The position numbers and the translations under genes are program-made. A stretch of DNA of 64,000 nt, taken from Squalus acanthias (Eukaryota). The notes beneath the pieces were generated by a model that was given only the letters and a program-made list of their open reading frames with translations, made no database searches and was not told the origin of the DNA. The first letter of the stretch is position 1; every line of letters starts with the position of its first letter. Of the stretch, positions 1 through 13,600 are shown piece after piece. The stretch is from positions 143,780,001-143,844,000 of the forward strand of contig CM059431.1 in NCBI GenBank assembly GCA_030390025.1, given 5' to 3'.

Positions 1-199
1 TTGGGACAGCTAGAACAAAGTATGACAAAGTATTGCAATTGCCTGGGAAAGTCTGGATGGACCAAAGGGTCTTCACCTCTCCGTCATTGTTCGTAAAATT
101 GTCATATACGACTTTTCTACAGCTAATCCGTTCCAGCCTCCCCTCATCACCCTCTTTATCGCTAAATGCTCATGAATTCGAACTGGATTAACAGATTTG

Positions 200-480
200 A
201 GGAGTTTTGACACAATAGTCTCTGGTTACCAGATTGATCCTCTCTCCACATTATAACAGAATCATCACTTGGGCTCCTTCAGTCCACCTGAATATTTTTG
301 ATATCAAACGTGGGTTGAAATGCTGTGCTCAGTCCCTCCTATCTCCTCTCTGACTTCCTTTAACAGTCTGGGGTGCATTATTTCTGAGCCCAGTGACTTC
401 TCCACCTCGGCTACTTTACTCAGATCCAAATCCTTCTCTACAGTGATCTTCACTGTGGATCCACATCCTCCTCTAGTACA
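200..480 (-). mobile_element. Degenerate CR1 LINE ORF2 fragment
   Basis: The minus strand at ~330-400 translates to EKSLGSEIMHPRLL, a decayed version of the CR1 'KSPGPDxxHPRVL' motif seen intact at 14116-14430. Confidence 0.55.
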
Positions 481-699
481 ACAACATTCTCACTTCAACC
501 ATCATTTTAGAAAGTAAAGGAAATATTTTGTATCTCCCCAAAATTGCATCCTCCACAACTAGTTTCCCCAGGCCCCCCCTCTATCTCACCTCCACTGCTT
601 GCTGGCCTGCAAAACCCACTGAGAATTGTACTGTCTCCCTTCCTATTGCTGAACTGCATACATATGGATTCCATCTTATCATAGCTCCCTGGAACACCC

Positions 700-925
700 G
701 TATGTTCTAAACCTCTCCGCCTCTCTCTCTCTCTCGCTCTCCTCCTTTCAGTCATTCCTGAAACCTTACCTCTTTGAGCAATCTTTTGCTCACCTTTCCT
801 AATATGTCCTTATGTGACTCGGTGTCAAATTTTGATTGATAACATTCCTGTGAAGCACATTGAGACGTTTTACAACATTGATGCCGCTATATAAACGCAA
901 GTTTGTTCTTGTTGTTGTTCTTGCG
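700..925 (+). mobile_element. L2 LINE 3' end with short (TTG)n-like tail
   Basis: The sequence ...CCTGTGAAGCACATTGAGACGTTTTACAAC...GCTATATAAACGCAAGTTTGTTCTTGTTGTTG matches, from recall, the fish/shark L2 3' terminus. Confidence 0.6.
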
Positions 926-2589
926 CTGTCATAGAATGCTTTATTAATATTGGCGTCCACAACTTGTTTGCACTTCCCTCAATATGTTATCACCAGGAAC
1001 ATCTCCCTCTGAATCTGTGAAAACCCAGGCCCTGTCTTATAGATACTAGATCACATCTCTCATGCTTCTGAATGTTTGGAATGATTTGTACACTCACACA
1101 CACAACACTGAATACTAGCTCCAACGTTTGGAATGTTGACTAGTCCCGGTTTATTTATTTATTTTTTTAAATCAAGTGACTTTATCTCTCACTATTTCAA
1201 ATCCTCCTTCCTTTTTCTTGCCAATAACTTTTCACTATTTCTTAAATCTTCTGTTTCAGCTCCAACATTTTTATTAATTCCACTCTCTAGTCTCAGATCC
1301 GGATATTTCCCACTCTCCAGTCACATCGCCTGATACCCTCCCACTGCTCCATTCGCCTTTTCAGTAAAACCATTATTGTTTGTCAGTACAGATCGCAGCC
1401 GTCCCTTCCCTTCTCCCTGAACTCACCCTCGTGCCCGAAGATCGTGAACACTTCCCTCCTGCTCCAGCCCTGCAGCCGCACATTGACCAGCCTCATATTT
1501 CCCTCCTGACGCAGCCCAGTGCAAAACAATCTGGAGATCAGCAGCTTGAGGCCTGGTTTCTTAGTTCAGTGCCTAAGTGTTAATAGTCCCTCTATAAACG
1601 TATTTCTATCCGTGTTACTGGTTCCGACCATGGCTATTTTCTGCTCTCCTTTCCTTCCCAGAGGTATTCCCACCCGTTCCAGGATGTTCTTCCTGCTGGT
1701 ACCAGGGATGCAACTAACCATTCGGCACCTGCTCAGGGCTGAAGAAGAGCTTGTTTATTCCTGACTATAGAATCTCCCACCAGTATCGCTCTCCTATACC
1801 TGTGCCCCACCTGCCTCTCACCCCCGCCCCACTCGGGGTGGCCTCCTGCTCCCTGGTACCACACTGTTGCTCAGGAAGACCCTCCTCCGAGTCACTGTCT
1901 CTATCCACCTTACACTCTACAATACCAGGTATCCATTAGACAGTTCGAGTACTCAGGGGCTCCCTCCACCTGTGACTGCGGTGTCCCTCTAGATGGTCAC
2001 TCACTTCCCTCTTTGTAATCGTCCCATGTCCTGTTCCCTCTTCCTGTGTGAGCTGCAGGTTCATGCACAAGATCCGGACCTTTTGTCAGGACAGAAATTG
2101 TATTTTAAAGTATTTTGTGAGCCTACCTGTGTCCATTCTCATTTTTTTTGAAGATGTTGGACCTTCTCCTCTGTTTGGACCTTCAGCCATGGTGGTGACA
2201 GGCGTTCCAGATTCTGATGCTCTGGAACAAATAGAATATTAATAGGAGGGTTAGACGAAAAAAATTGAAATGAGAAGGAGAACATTGCCTTGTTAAACAT
2301 GATTTCAAGTCCCTCCTCCCCCATCAGTACAGCAGTTGTTAGCTCTGGGATCTCAGAAAACACCACGAATATACAAGTGGTAGATTTGACTGCTGTTTTA
2401 CAATCAGAATTATCCATTTGTGTCGGCCATTGAAGCTATCAATCAGCGGCCTTTCCTTTCCCCACTGTGGAAATGTCAAAGCGATTCAGTTAATTTACAA
2501 CCAGTTTGAGACTTTGTAAAATTCAGTACTTTGCTGTTTCACTAACGCTGCGACAAGGAAATAAACAACAGCAACAACAGAGGGGCAAG

Positions 2590-3360
2590 GAGAATGTATG
2601 AGAAATGATTAGCGGTAACGTAATAGGGAACACCAACGCCTTTTATAAACATATAAAGCGTGAAAGAATAGTCCAAGGAAATGTGGGGCCGATTTGGGAC
2701 CAAAAAGGCAATCATCTTGTGGAAGCAGAGGACATGGCTGAGGTACTAAATTAACACTTTGCCTCCATATTCACTAAAGGAGAGGATGCTGCCAATCGTA
2801 CAGTAAAGGAGGAGATGGTAGAGAAATTGGAGAGGATATAAATAAATTAGGAAAATCTACTAAATCGGTTGGAAGGGCTCAAAGTAGAAATGTCACCCGC
2901 TCTGCCACAATCTACCAATCCTTGGATATGGGAAAGGTGCCAGAGGACTGGAGGGTTGCAAACCTTACTTCCCTGATCAAAGAAGGAGAGGGTGATAAAC
3001 CAAATAACTACAGGCGACTCAGCTTAACATCGGTGTTGAGGAAGCTTCTAGGGACAAAAATCAAAATCAAAATTCATTGTCACTTGGAAGAACATGGGTT
3101 AATTAGCAACAGCCAAAATGGATTTTTTTTAAAAAAGGCAAATCAAATCTGGCTGACTTGAATGAGTTAAGCGATGAAATAGGAGAGGGTTGATGCGGGT
3201 AGTACAGTTGATGCTCTGTATATGGACTTTCTGAAGGCGTTTGATAAACTACCTCATAATAGCCTGGTTAACAAAATTGAAGCCAATGATATTAAAGGAG
3301 CAGTGGCAGCGTGGACACTAAATTGGCGAAAGGACAGAAAACAGACTGTAGTTGTGAACC
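2590..3360 (+). mobile_element. Degenerate CR1 LINE ORF2 (RT) fragment
   Basis: ORF 2922-3161 reads VPEDWRVANLT...NYRRLSLTSVLRKLL, followed by a decayed 'YMDFxKAFDK' region. It carries stops and frameshifts. Confidence 0.85.
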
Positions 3361-3379
3361 GATAGTGTTCACACTGGAG

Positions 3380-3745
3380 GGACGTGACTTGTTGCGAGTT
3401 AGAATACACGGAGCAGATTTTTGGATGAGTTCAAGTTTATGGAGAGTGGAAAAGGGAGGCCGGCCAGAAGAGCCTTGGAACAGTCAAGTCTAGAGGTAAC
3501 AAAGGAATGGATGAGGGTATCAGCAACAGATGAGCTGAGGCAGGGTCAGAGACCGGTGCTGTTATGGAGCTGGAAGTAGACGGTGTTGGCTATGGAGTGG
3601 ATATGTGGTCAGAAGCTTATGCTACGGTCAAATACGACAGCAAGTTTGCAAACTGTCTGATTCAGCCTCAGACAGTGGGCAGGGAGAGGGATGGAGTCGA
3701 TGCTTCGGGAACACAGCTCGTGGCGGGAACCGAATACAATGGCTA
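3380..3745 (-). mobile_element. L2 LINE RT fragment (antisense)
   Basis: The minus strand reads like L2 RT C-terminal motifs (LIHSFVTSRLDCSKALLAGLP). Confidence 0.7.
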
Positions 3746-4095
3746 ATGTTCCCTGTCTACCTGTCCCACAGGTGCTGCTCACCCAGGAGAATCCCTCCCA
3801 CTAACACAGCTAGTTGATGCTTTTCATGCATCTCCACACATCAGCAGGGTGCACGGTCTAGGAAACACTTACAATAGAAAGCCTGATCACTCTCACAGGC
3901 CGAGGGGTTGGGCGTCCAGCGGGCACAGGGGTTTGGTCAGTGTGGCGAGGGTAGAGGTAGAGGAAAGAGAGGGGGCAGAGTGGGGACAGGAATTTATTGC
4001 AGTCTGGACAGTCTTACCCTGAATATAACAGACATTGTACAATGGAGGAAACATACATCTCTTCTAATATTAAAACCAACTTCTAATATTATTAC

Positions 4096-4321
4096 TAACA
4101 GCAAAATACTGGAGATGCTGGAAATCTGTCATAAAAGCTGAAAATGCTGGAAACACTCAGCGGGTCAGGCAGTGTCTGTGGGGAAGGGACGGTGGGGTTA
4201 ACGGTTCAGGTCAATGACCTTTCCTGAGAACAGGTTCAGGATCTGAAATATTAACCCCACCTTCCTCTCTCCACAGTCGCTGCCTCACCCACTGAGTGTT
4301 TCCAGCATTTTCAGCTATTAT
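4096..4321. mobile_element. Palindromic Penelope-like remnant with 15-bp flanking direct repeats
   Basis: Inverted arms of ~75 bp (4137-4210 vs ~4242-4316) surround a ~30-bp loop. TTCTAATATTATTAC flanks both sides (4081-4095, 4322-4336). The family assignment is from recall. Confidence 0.7.
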
Positions 4322-4849
4322 TTCTAATATTATTACCCATCCCCATTTCAGACTATATTCTGTGTTTTACTTGGTTTGGGTTCTCACCATTTCAGAATAC
4401 ACTGGGAATCTGATGCTAGCTGTGTATCTGACGTTGATTTTGGAAGCACATTCTGTATTGTGTGTGTCTGTGACCAATGAAACAGGAGGCAAACACTCAC
4501 CCGGCGTTTAATGTCTTTCACCGTCCCCAGTACTAAACACTGGGGATATCCAAAGGTAATGAAGCTGTGCTCAGCATTCACTATCTGACAATACTCTGTA
4601 CCCGCTGGTCACAGGCCGTGCTGATCTTTGAGGTTTGTCTCTGCATCGTGTTCAATTAATTGACTATCATTAGTTTCTCTGTTCAATCTTTCCCCTTGAT
4701 TTTTCACCAGATCGGAGCTATTTTAACACTGAGATCTGATGGTGTCGGTGTGAGTTCAGCCCCACCTAATAAACAGACACGTGTCCATCTGCTGGGCTCT
4801 GCCCCAGACTGGAGTCACCTCTCAGATCAAATTCCTTTACTCTAAAAGA

Positions 4850-7387
4850 CACACAAGATTCGCTGTGACTGTGTGTTTAGAGACAGAAACTGATCTCACT
4901 TCACATCCCATTGCACGGCCTCATGCTGGATAATTGTGCTCAGTGGTCAGACTTTCCCAGTCTCATTCTCACCATTTCCTGCCTTACCCTGTAACCATTG
5001 TGCACTGTCTACAGGACCAGTGTGTATCTGAGTCAATGGGACTCTCTGACCTTTCTCCTCAGTCCATCTCAAGGACCAGTGTGTATCTGAGTCAATGGGA
5101 CTCTCTCTGACCTTTCTCCCCAGTCCATCTCCAGGACCAGTGTGTATCTGAGTCAATGGGACTCTCTCTGACCTTTCTCCCCAGTCCATCTCCAGGACCA
5201 GTGTGTATCTGAGTCAATGGGACTCTCTCTGACCTTTATCTCCAGTCGATCTCTGGAAGCTCTTTGAATGGAAGGGTTCTCTCTGGTTGGTGCTCTCACA
5301 ATCCTGTGCTGGTTCACCTGCTGTTGTTCCTCAGGTCGACAATCCCTGTTTACTTCCAGCTGTGGACCTTCCTCAATTCACCGGGAGATCTAATTATGGC
5401 AGAGCGGGTCTGTGACACTGTGAAGCCCCTCCCTCCCTCGCTGTGATCTAAACTCTGGGCTGAGTAGCCGTGCTGTCAGGCCGTGTGCTGAATGGAGCCG
5501 AGTTCCCTCAGTCACAGAGCGCGGCCCCTGTAACCCGGGCAACCATCCTGTTTCTTACCGTCACTCACACACCGGCCCGCGCCGCCCGGCCCGGCACACA
5601 GCAAACCCCGCCCACTGCACATCCGCGGATCAGCAAGGGAGCGGACTGTGCGGGAGAGCAAGGAGCGGCACTGCGCCTGCGCGGGAGGGCAAGGGAGCGA
5701 CAGTGCGCCTGCGCGAGACCAAGGGAGTGGCGCTGCGCCTGCGCGGGGAAGAGTGGGAGCGAGAATGAATCACTACAGCGCCACCAGTGCTAGGAGGACT
5801 AGACAGCAACAGGAGGAGGCAATTCAGCCCCTCCAGCCTGTTCCACCATTCAATTAGACGATGGCTGATCTGTCTTAACCCCATGGACCTGCCTTGATTC
5901 CGTAACCCTTAATGCCCAAAAAACTCTAATCTCAGTTTTGACATTTTCAATTGACCCCCAGCCTCAACAGATTGTTGGGGGAAGAGTTCCAGATTTACAC
6001 CGCCCTTTGTGTGAAGAAATGCTTTCCACCATCCAAACAGAACTAGATAAGTACCTGAAGGAAAATAACTTGCACGGCTACGGGGAAAGGGCGGGGGATT
6101 GAGCTGAAGTGCTCTTGGAGAGAGCCGGCACGGGCTCAACGAGTCAAATGGCCTCCTACTGTGCCGTAACAATGATTCTATCACCCCTTAACGGCCTAGA
6201 TTATTTATTCAGAGCTGGATCTGAAATATATTTGACTGTCTGGAACTACCTTAACACGCAGTAGAATATTGATATTGTTGGGAACATAAAGGTCAGTTCT
6301 TTCCAAGTTGGCGCTGGGGGCGGGGAGACAGTTAATATCTGCTGGGCTCTTGGATCAAACCCCTTCCAATCTTACAACACAGGAGGCCATTCGGCCCACG
6401 GTGCCTGTGTCGGCTCTATGAAAAGATGTCCAAACTAGTCCCACACCCCAGCTTTCTCCCCATAACCCTGCAAATTCATTCCCCAAGTATAGGTCCAATT
6501 GCCTTTGGAAAGTTCCTATGGAATTTGTTTCCATCAGTTTATCATGTGGTGCATTCCAGATCTTAAACCTCTGTGTACAACAAATTCTCCTAATTCCCCA
6601 ACAGTTCTTTTGTCAATTATTCGAAAACTGTGACCTTTCATTAACGCCCCACTTGCCAGAAGAAACATTTCTTCCTACTTGCTCGATCAAAAACTCTCAC
6701 GATTTTGAATATCTCTATTAAGTCTCCTCTTAACCTTCTCTGCTATAAAGGCAACAATCCCAGCTTCTCTGATCTCTCCACATAATTAAAGTCCGTCATC
6801 CCTGGTATCATCCTGCTAAACTACCTCTATACCCTCTCCATGGCCTTGGCACCCTCCTAAAGTGTGGTGTCCAGAATTGTACACAATCCTCCAGCCTTAC
6901 CAGTGATTTGTTTGTGTTCAATGCCCCATTTACAAAGCAAAATCTCCCACGCACTCTCTTAAAAGCCTCATCAATTTATCCCGCCACCTTCAAAGATTTC
7001 TGAATATTCAACCCCAGATCCCTCTGCTATTGTACCCCCTCAAAATATGACAATCAATCTGTTCACACTGATCCACATTAAAAAGCATCTGCCATGTGTC
7101 TGCCCATTTCACAAGACTGTCTGTATCTTTCTAAAGACTGCTACTACCCTGCTCAGCATTTACAAGAGTCAAACTTTGTATCATCAGCAAACCTCAAAGG
7201 TCCACTCCCTATACCGAAGTCCAGGTCATTTAAAATATAAGGATAACCAAAGGTCCCAATTCCGACCCCTGGATGACCCAATGCCTACTTCCCTCCAGTC
7301 AGAAAAACATCCGTTCACCACTGCTCTCCGCCTCCTATCACTCAGACAATTAGGAACCCAATTTACTACCGTCCCTTTAATACCATG
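4850..7387 (+). repeat. Older, diverged and internally deleted copy of the 2.9-kb tandem unit
   Basis: It is colinear with 7701-10585 but has many substitutions and lacks ~360 bp equivalent to ~7918-8275. Confidence 0.85.
5011..5250 (+). repeat. 61-bp minisatellite, ~4 copies
   Basis: The unit CAGGACCAGTGTGTATCTGAGTCAATGGGACTCTCTCTGACCTTTCTCCCCAGTCCATCTC recurs, with AGGACC at 5013, 5072, 5133 and 5194. Confidence 0.95.
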
Positions 7388-7760
7388 TCCATCTCCAGGA
7401 CCAGTGTCTATCTGAGTCAATGGGACTCTCTCTGACCTTTCTCCCCAGTCCATCTCCAGGACCAGTGTGTATCTGAGTCAATGGGACTCTCTCTGACCTT
7501 TCTCCCCAGTCCATCTCCAGGACCAGTGTGTATCGGAGTCAATGGGACTCTCTCTGACCTTTCTCCACAGTCCATCTCCAGGACCAGTGTGTATCTGAGT
7601 CAATAGGACTCTCTCTGACCTTTCTCCCCGGTCCATCTCCAGGACCAGTGTGTATCTGAGTCAATGGGACTCTCTCTGACCTTTCTCCCCAGTCCATTTC
7701 CAGGACCAGTGTGTATCCGAGTCAATGGAACTCTCTCTTACCTTTATCTCCTGTCGATCT
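7388..7760 (+). repeat. 61-bp minisatellite, ~6 copies
   Basis: The unit is the same as at 5011-5250. Confidence 0.95.
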
Positions 7761-10700
7761 CTGGAAGCTCTTTGAATCGGAAGGGTTCTCTCTGTTTGGC
7801 GCTCTCACAGTCCTGTGCTGGTTCAACTGCTGTTGTTCCTCAGTCTACAATCCCTGTTTACTTCCAGCTGTGGACCATCCTCAATCACTCCATCATTCAC
7901 CGGGAGATCTAATTATGGTAGGGCAGAAAATGAGAATATTGAAAGCCTGAAATAATGTAATGTAGACTTTTCTTCTGCTTACTAAAAATTAAATTTCCAG
8001 GCCGAGTATTTGTTTGATTTTGTCCCTTTCCTCAGATCCTCAGTTCCGGGCTGTGTGCTTAGTTTGGAGATTTTCCTCACAGTAAATTCCGGCCGCCTGA
8101 GACTCCCCCATTCTCACTGCTCTGGGCGGAAATGCGCCATTTTGTGTCCAAAGTGCCTGAACCCACCGCGCCCTCCACCCCCGGCCCAGCCCCTGTATTG
8201 TGAGCCGGTTCAGCACATTTCCCGGGAGCTGATGCTGACAGGAATCTCCCCTCCGTTTCTCTGCCGAGTTACAAAGCGAATCTGTGACACTGTGAAGCCC
8301 CTCCCTCCCTCGCTGTGATCTAAACTCTGGGCTGAGCAGCCGCGCTGTCAGGCCGTGTGCTGAATGGAGCCGAGTTCCCTCAGTCACAGAGCGCGGCCCC
8401 TGTAACCCGGGCAACCATCCTGTTTCTTACCGTCACTCACACACCGGCCCGCGCCGCCCGGCCCGTCACACAGCAAACCCCGCCCACTGCACATCCCCGG
8501 ATCAGCAAGGGAGCGGCACTGCGCCTGCGTGGGAGAGCAAGGGAGCGGCACTGCGCCTGCACGGGAGAGCAAGGAGCGGCACTGCGCCTGCGCGGGAGGG
8601 TAAGGGAGCGGCATTGCAACTGCGCCAGAAAGCAACGGAGCGTGGCTGCATCACTCCAGCGCCACCAGTGGCGGGAGGACTACACAGGAAAATATAAACA
8701 GGAGGAGGCAATTCAGCCCCTCCAGCCTGTTCCACCATTCAATTAGAACACGGCTGATCTGTGTCTTAACCCCATGGACCTGCCTTGGTTCCGTAATCCT
8801 TAATGCCCAACAAACATCTATTAATCTCAGTTTTGACATGTTCAATTGACCCCCAGCCTCAACAGGTTGTTGGGGGAAGAGTTCCAGATTTCCACCACAC
8901 TGTGTGTGAAGAAATCCTTTCCACCATCCAAAGGGAACATGATAATTACCTGAAGGAAAAAAAATTGCAGGGCGACAGGGAAAGAGCGGGGGATTGAGCT
9001 GAAGTGCTCTTGCAGAAATCCGGCACGGGTTCGACGAGCTGAATGGCCTCCTACTGTGCCGTAACGATGATTCTACCACCCCTTAATGGCCTAGATTATT
9101 TATTGAGAGTTGGATCTGAAATATATTTGAGTGTCTGGTACTACCTTAACATGCAGTATAATATCGATATTATGGGGAACATAAAAGTCAGTTCTTTCCA
9201 AGTTGGTGCTGGGGGCGGGGAGACAGTTAATATCTGCTGGGCTCTTGGATCAAACCCCTTCCAATCTTACAACACAGGAGGTCATTTGGCCCACAGTGCT
9301 TGTGCCGGCTCTTTGAAAAGATGTCAAAACTAGTCCCACACCCCAGCTTTCTCCCCATAACCCTGCAAATTCATCCTCTTCAAGTACAGGTCCAATTGTC
9401 TTTGGAAAGTTCCTCTTGAATGTGTTTCCATCAGTTTATCAGGTGGTGCATTCCAGATCTTAAACCTCTGTGTAAAGCAAATTCTCCTAATTTCTCCTCC
9501 AGTTCTTTTGCCAATTATTTAAAAACTGTGACCTTTTGTTAACGCCCCATTTGCCAAAGGAAACATGTCTTCCTACTTGCTCCATCAAAACCCCTCATAA
9601 TTTTGAATTATTAGGTCTCCCCCTCACCTCTGCTCTAAAGGCAACAATCCTAACTTCTCCGATCTCTCCACATAATTGAAGTCCGTCATCCCTGGTACCA
9701 TCCTGGTAAAACTCCTCTGTACCCTCTACATGACCTTGGCATCCTTCCTAAAGTGCGGTGCCCAGAATTGTTCACAATACTCCAGCCCAACCAGTGAATT
9801 GTAATGGGTTATCATTGACCTCCTTGTTTTTGTGTTCAATGCCCCATTTACAAAGCAAAATCTCCCAAGCACTCTCAAATGCCTTTTCAACTTATCTTCC
9901 CACATTCAAAGATTTCTGAGTCTGCACCCCCAGATCTCTCTGTTATTGTACCCCCTCAATACACTAGTCAAGTAAGTTCACACTGATCTGTATTAAATTG
10001 CATCTGCCATGTGTCTGCCCATTTCACCAGTCAGTCTTTGTCTTTCTAAAGTCTGCTACTATCCTGCTCACCATTCACAACAGTTAAACTTTGTATCATC
10101 AGCAAAACTCGAAGGTCCACTCCCTATACCGAAGTCCAGGACATTTAAAATATTTAAAAAACCAAAGGTCCCAATTCCAGGCCCTGGATGACCCAATGCA
10201 TCCTTCTCTCCAGTCAGAAAAACATCCGTTCACCACTGCTCTCCGCCTCCTATCACTCAGACAATAAGGAACCCAATTTACCACCATCCCTTTAATACCA
10301 TGCGCTTCTATTTTCCAAACAAGTCTGATAGGTGGCCCTTCATCAAATGGATTTTGAAAGTCCATAGATACATCTACTGCACTCCCTTCATCAACCCTCT
10401 CTGCTACTTCATTTACAATAAAAAACACAAGATTCAGTGTGACTGTGTGTTTAGAGACAGAAACTGATCTCACTTCAAATTCCATTGCACGGCCTCATGC
10501 TGGATAATTGTGCTCACTGTTCAGACTCTCCCAGTCTCATTCTCACCAGTTCCTGCCTTACCGTGTAATCTTTCAGGACTGTCGACAGGACCAGTGTGTA
10601 TCTGAGTCAATGGAACTCTCTCTTACCTTTATCTCCTGTCGATCTCTGGAAGCTCTTTGAATCGGAAGGGTTCTCTCTGTTTGGCGCTCTCACAGTCCTG

Positions 10701-13470
10701 TGCTGGTTCAACTGATGTTGTTCCTCAGTCTACAATCCCTGTTTACTTCCAGCTGTGGACCATCCTCAATCACTCCATCATTCACCGGGAGATCTAATTA
10801 TGGTAGGGCAGAAAATGAGAATATTGAAAGCCTGAAATAATGTAATGTAGACTTTTCTTCTGCTTACTAAAAATTAAATTTCCAGGCCGAGTATTTGTTT
10901 GATTTTGTCCCTTTCCTCAGATCCTCAGTTCCGGGCTGTGTGCTTAGTTTGGAGATTTTCCTCACAGTAAATTCCGGCCGCCTGAGACTCCCCCATTCTC
11001 ACTGCTCTGGGCGGAAATGCGCCATTTTGTGTCCAAAGTGCCTGAACCCACCGCGCCCTCCACCCCCGGCCCAGCCCCTGTATTGTGAGCCGGTTCAGCA
11101 CATTTCCCGGGAGCTGATGCTGACAGGAATCTCCCCTCCGTTTCTCTGCCGAGTTACAAAGCGAATCTGTGACACTGTGAAGCCCCTCCCTCCCTCGCTG
11201 TGATCTAAACTCTGGGCTGAGCAGCCGCGCTGTCAGGCCGTGTGCTGAATGGAGCCGAGTTCCCTCAGTCACAGAGCGCGGCCCCTGTAACCCGGGCAAC
11301 CATCCTGTTTCTTACCGTCACTCACACACCGGCCCGCGCCGCCCGGCCCGTCACACAGCAAACCCCGCCCACTGCACATCCCCGGATCAGCAAGGGAGCG
11401 GCACTGCGCCTGCGTGGGAGAGCAAGGGAGCGGCACTGCGCCTGCACGGGAGAGCAAGGAGCGGCACTGCGCCTGCGCGGGAGGGTAAGGGAGCGGCATT
11501 GCAACTGCGCCAGAAAGCAACGGAGCGTGGCTGCATCACTCCAGCGCCACCAGTGGCGGGAGGACTACACAGGAAAATATAAACAGGAGGAGGCAATTCA
11601 GCCCCTCCAGCCTGTTCCACCATTCAATTAGAACACGGCTGATCTGTGTCTTAACCCCATGGACCTGCCTTGGTTCCGTAATCCTTAATGCCCAACAAAC
11701 ATCTATTAATCTCAGTTTTGACATGTTCAATTGACCCCCAGCCTCAACAGGTTGTTGGGGGAAGAGTTCCAGATTTCCACCACACTGTGTGTGAAGAAAT
11801 CCTTTCCACCATCCAAAGGGAACATGATAATTACCTGAAGGAAAAAAAATTGCAGGGCGACAGGGAAAGAGCGGGGGATTGAGCTGAAGTGCTCTTGCAG
11901 AAATCCGGCACGGGTTCGACGAGCTGAATGGCCTCCTACTGTGCCGTAACGATGATTCTACCACCCCTTAATGGCCTAGATTATTTATTGAGAGTTGGAT
12001 CTGAAATATATTTGAGTGTCTGGTACTACCTTAACATGCAGTATAATATCGATATTATGGGGAACATAAAAGTCAGTTCTTTCCAAGTTGGTGCTGGGGG
12101 CGGGGAGACAGTTAATATCTGCTGGGCTCTTGGATCAAACCCCTTCCAATCTTACAACACAGGAGGTCATTTGGCCCACAGTGCTTGTGCCGGCTCTTTG
12201 AAAAGATGTCAAAACTAGTCCCACACCCCAGCTTTCTCCCCATAACCCTGCAAATTCATCCTCTTCAAGTACAGGTCCAATTGTCTTTGGAAAGTTCCTC
12301 TTGAATGTGTTTCCATCAGTTTATCAGGTGGTGCATTCCAGATCTTAAACCTCTGTGTAAAGCAAATTCTCCTAATTTCTCCTCCAGTTCTTTTGCCAAT
12401 TATTTAAAAACTGTGACCTTTTGTTAACGCCCCATTTGCCAAAGGAAACATGTCTTCCTACTTGCTCCATCAAAACCCCTCATAATTTTGAATTATTAGG
12501 TCTCCCCCTCACCTCTGCTCTAAAGGCAAGAATCCTAACTTCTCCGATCTCTCCACATAATTGAAGTCCGTCATCCCTGGTACCATCCTGGTAAAACTCC
12601 TCTGTACCCTCTACATGACCTTGGCATCCTTCCTAAAGTGCGGTGCCCAGAATTGTTCACAATACTCCAGCCCAACCAGTGAATTGTAATGGGTTATCAT
12701 TGACCTCCTTGTTTTTGTGTTCAATGCCCCATTTACAAAGCAAAATCTCCCAAGCACTCTCAAATGCCTTTTCAACTTATCTTCCCACATTCAAAGATTT
12801 CTGAGTCTGCACCCCCAGATCTCTCTGTTATTGTACCCCCTCAATACACTAGTCAAGTAAGTTCACACTGATCTGTATTAAATTGCATCTGCCATGTGTC
12901 TGCCCATTTCACCAGTCAGTCTTTGTCTTTCTAAAGTCTGCTACTATCCTGCTCACCATTCACAACAGTTAAACTTTGTATCATCAGCAAAACTCGAAGG
13001 TCCACTCCCTATACCGAAGTCCAGGACATTTAAAATATTTAAAAAACCAAAGGTCCCAATTCCAGGCCCTGGATGACCCAATGCATCCTTCTCTCCAGTC
13101 AGAAAAACATCCGTTCACCACTGCTCTCCGCCTCCTATCACTCAGACAATAAGGAACCCAATTTACCACCATCCCTTTAATACCATGCGCTTCTATTTTC
13201 CAAACAAGTCTGATAGGTGGCCCTTCATCAAATGGATTTTGAAAGTCCATAGATACATCTACTGCACTCCCTTCATCAACCCTCTCTGCTACTTCATTTA
13301 CAATAAAAAACACAAGATTCAGTGTGACTGTGTGTTTAGAGACAGAAACTGATCTCACTTCAAATTCCATTGCACGGCCTCATGCTGGATAATTGTGCTC
13401 ACTGTTCAGACTCTCCCAGTCTCATTCTCACCAGTTCCTGCCTTACCGTGTAATCTTTCAGGACTGTCGA
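7701..13470 (+). repeat. Near-identical 2,885-bp tandem duplication (7701-10585 and 10586-13470)
   Basis: ORF-track entries repeat with an exact 2,885 offset (e.g. 8010/10895, 10099/12984). Only a few substitutions are visible. Confidence 0.97.
9270..10415 (-). mobile_element. Decayed CR1 3' portion inside the tandem unit (also ~6370-7387 and ~12155-13300)
   Basis: Minus ORF 10099-10485 reads VDEGSAVDVSMDFQNPFD...KIEAHGIKG...LSDRRRRAVVNGCFSDW, which is CR1 RT. Confidence 0.85.
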
Positions 13471-13600
13471 CAGGACCAGTGTGTATCTGAGTCAATGGGA
13501 CTCTCTCTGACCTTTCTCCACAGTCCATCTCCAGGACCAGTGTGTATCTGATTCAATGGGACTCTCTCTGACCTTTCTCCCCAGTCCATCTCCAACACCA

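Noticed and set aside
5011..7760. 61-bp repeats as a CRISPR array
   Set aside because: The units are contiguous with no unique spacers, there are no cas genes, and the context is eukaryotic.
8010..13370. Duplicated ORFs (e.g. 8357-8746, 8651-9079) as genes
   Set aside because: They are built from short GC repeats and CR1 3' fragments, and the frames are not preserved in the older unit copy.
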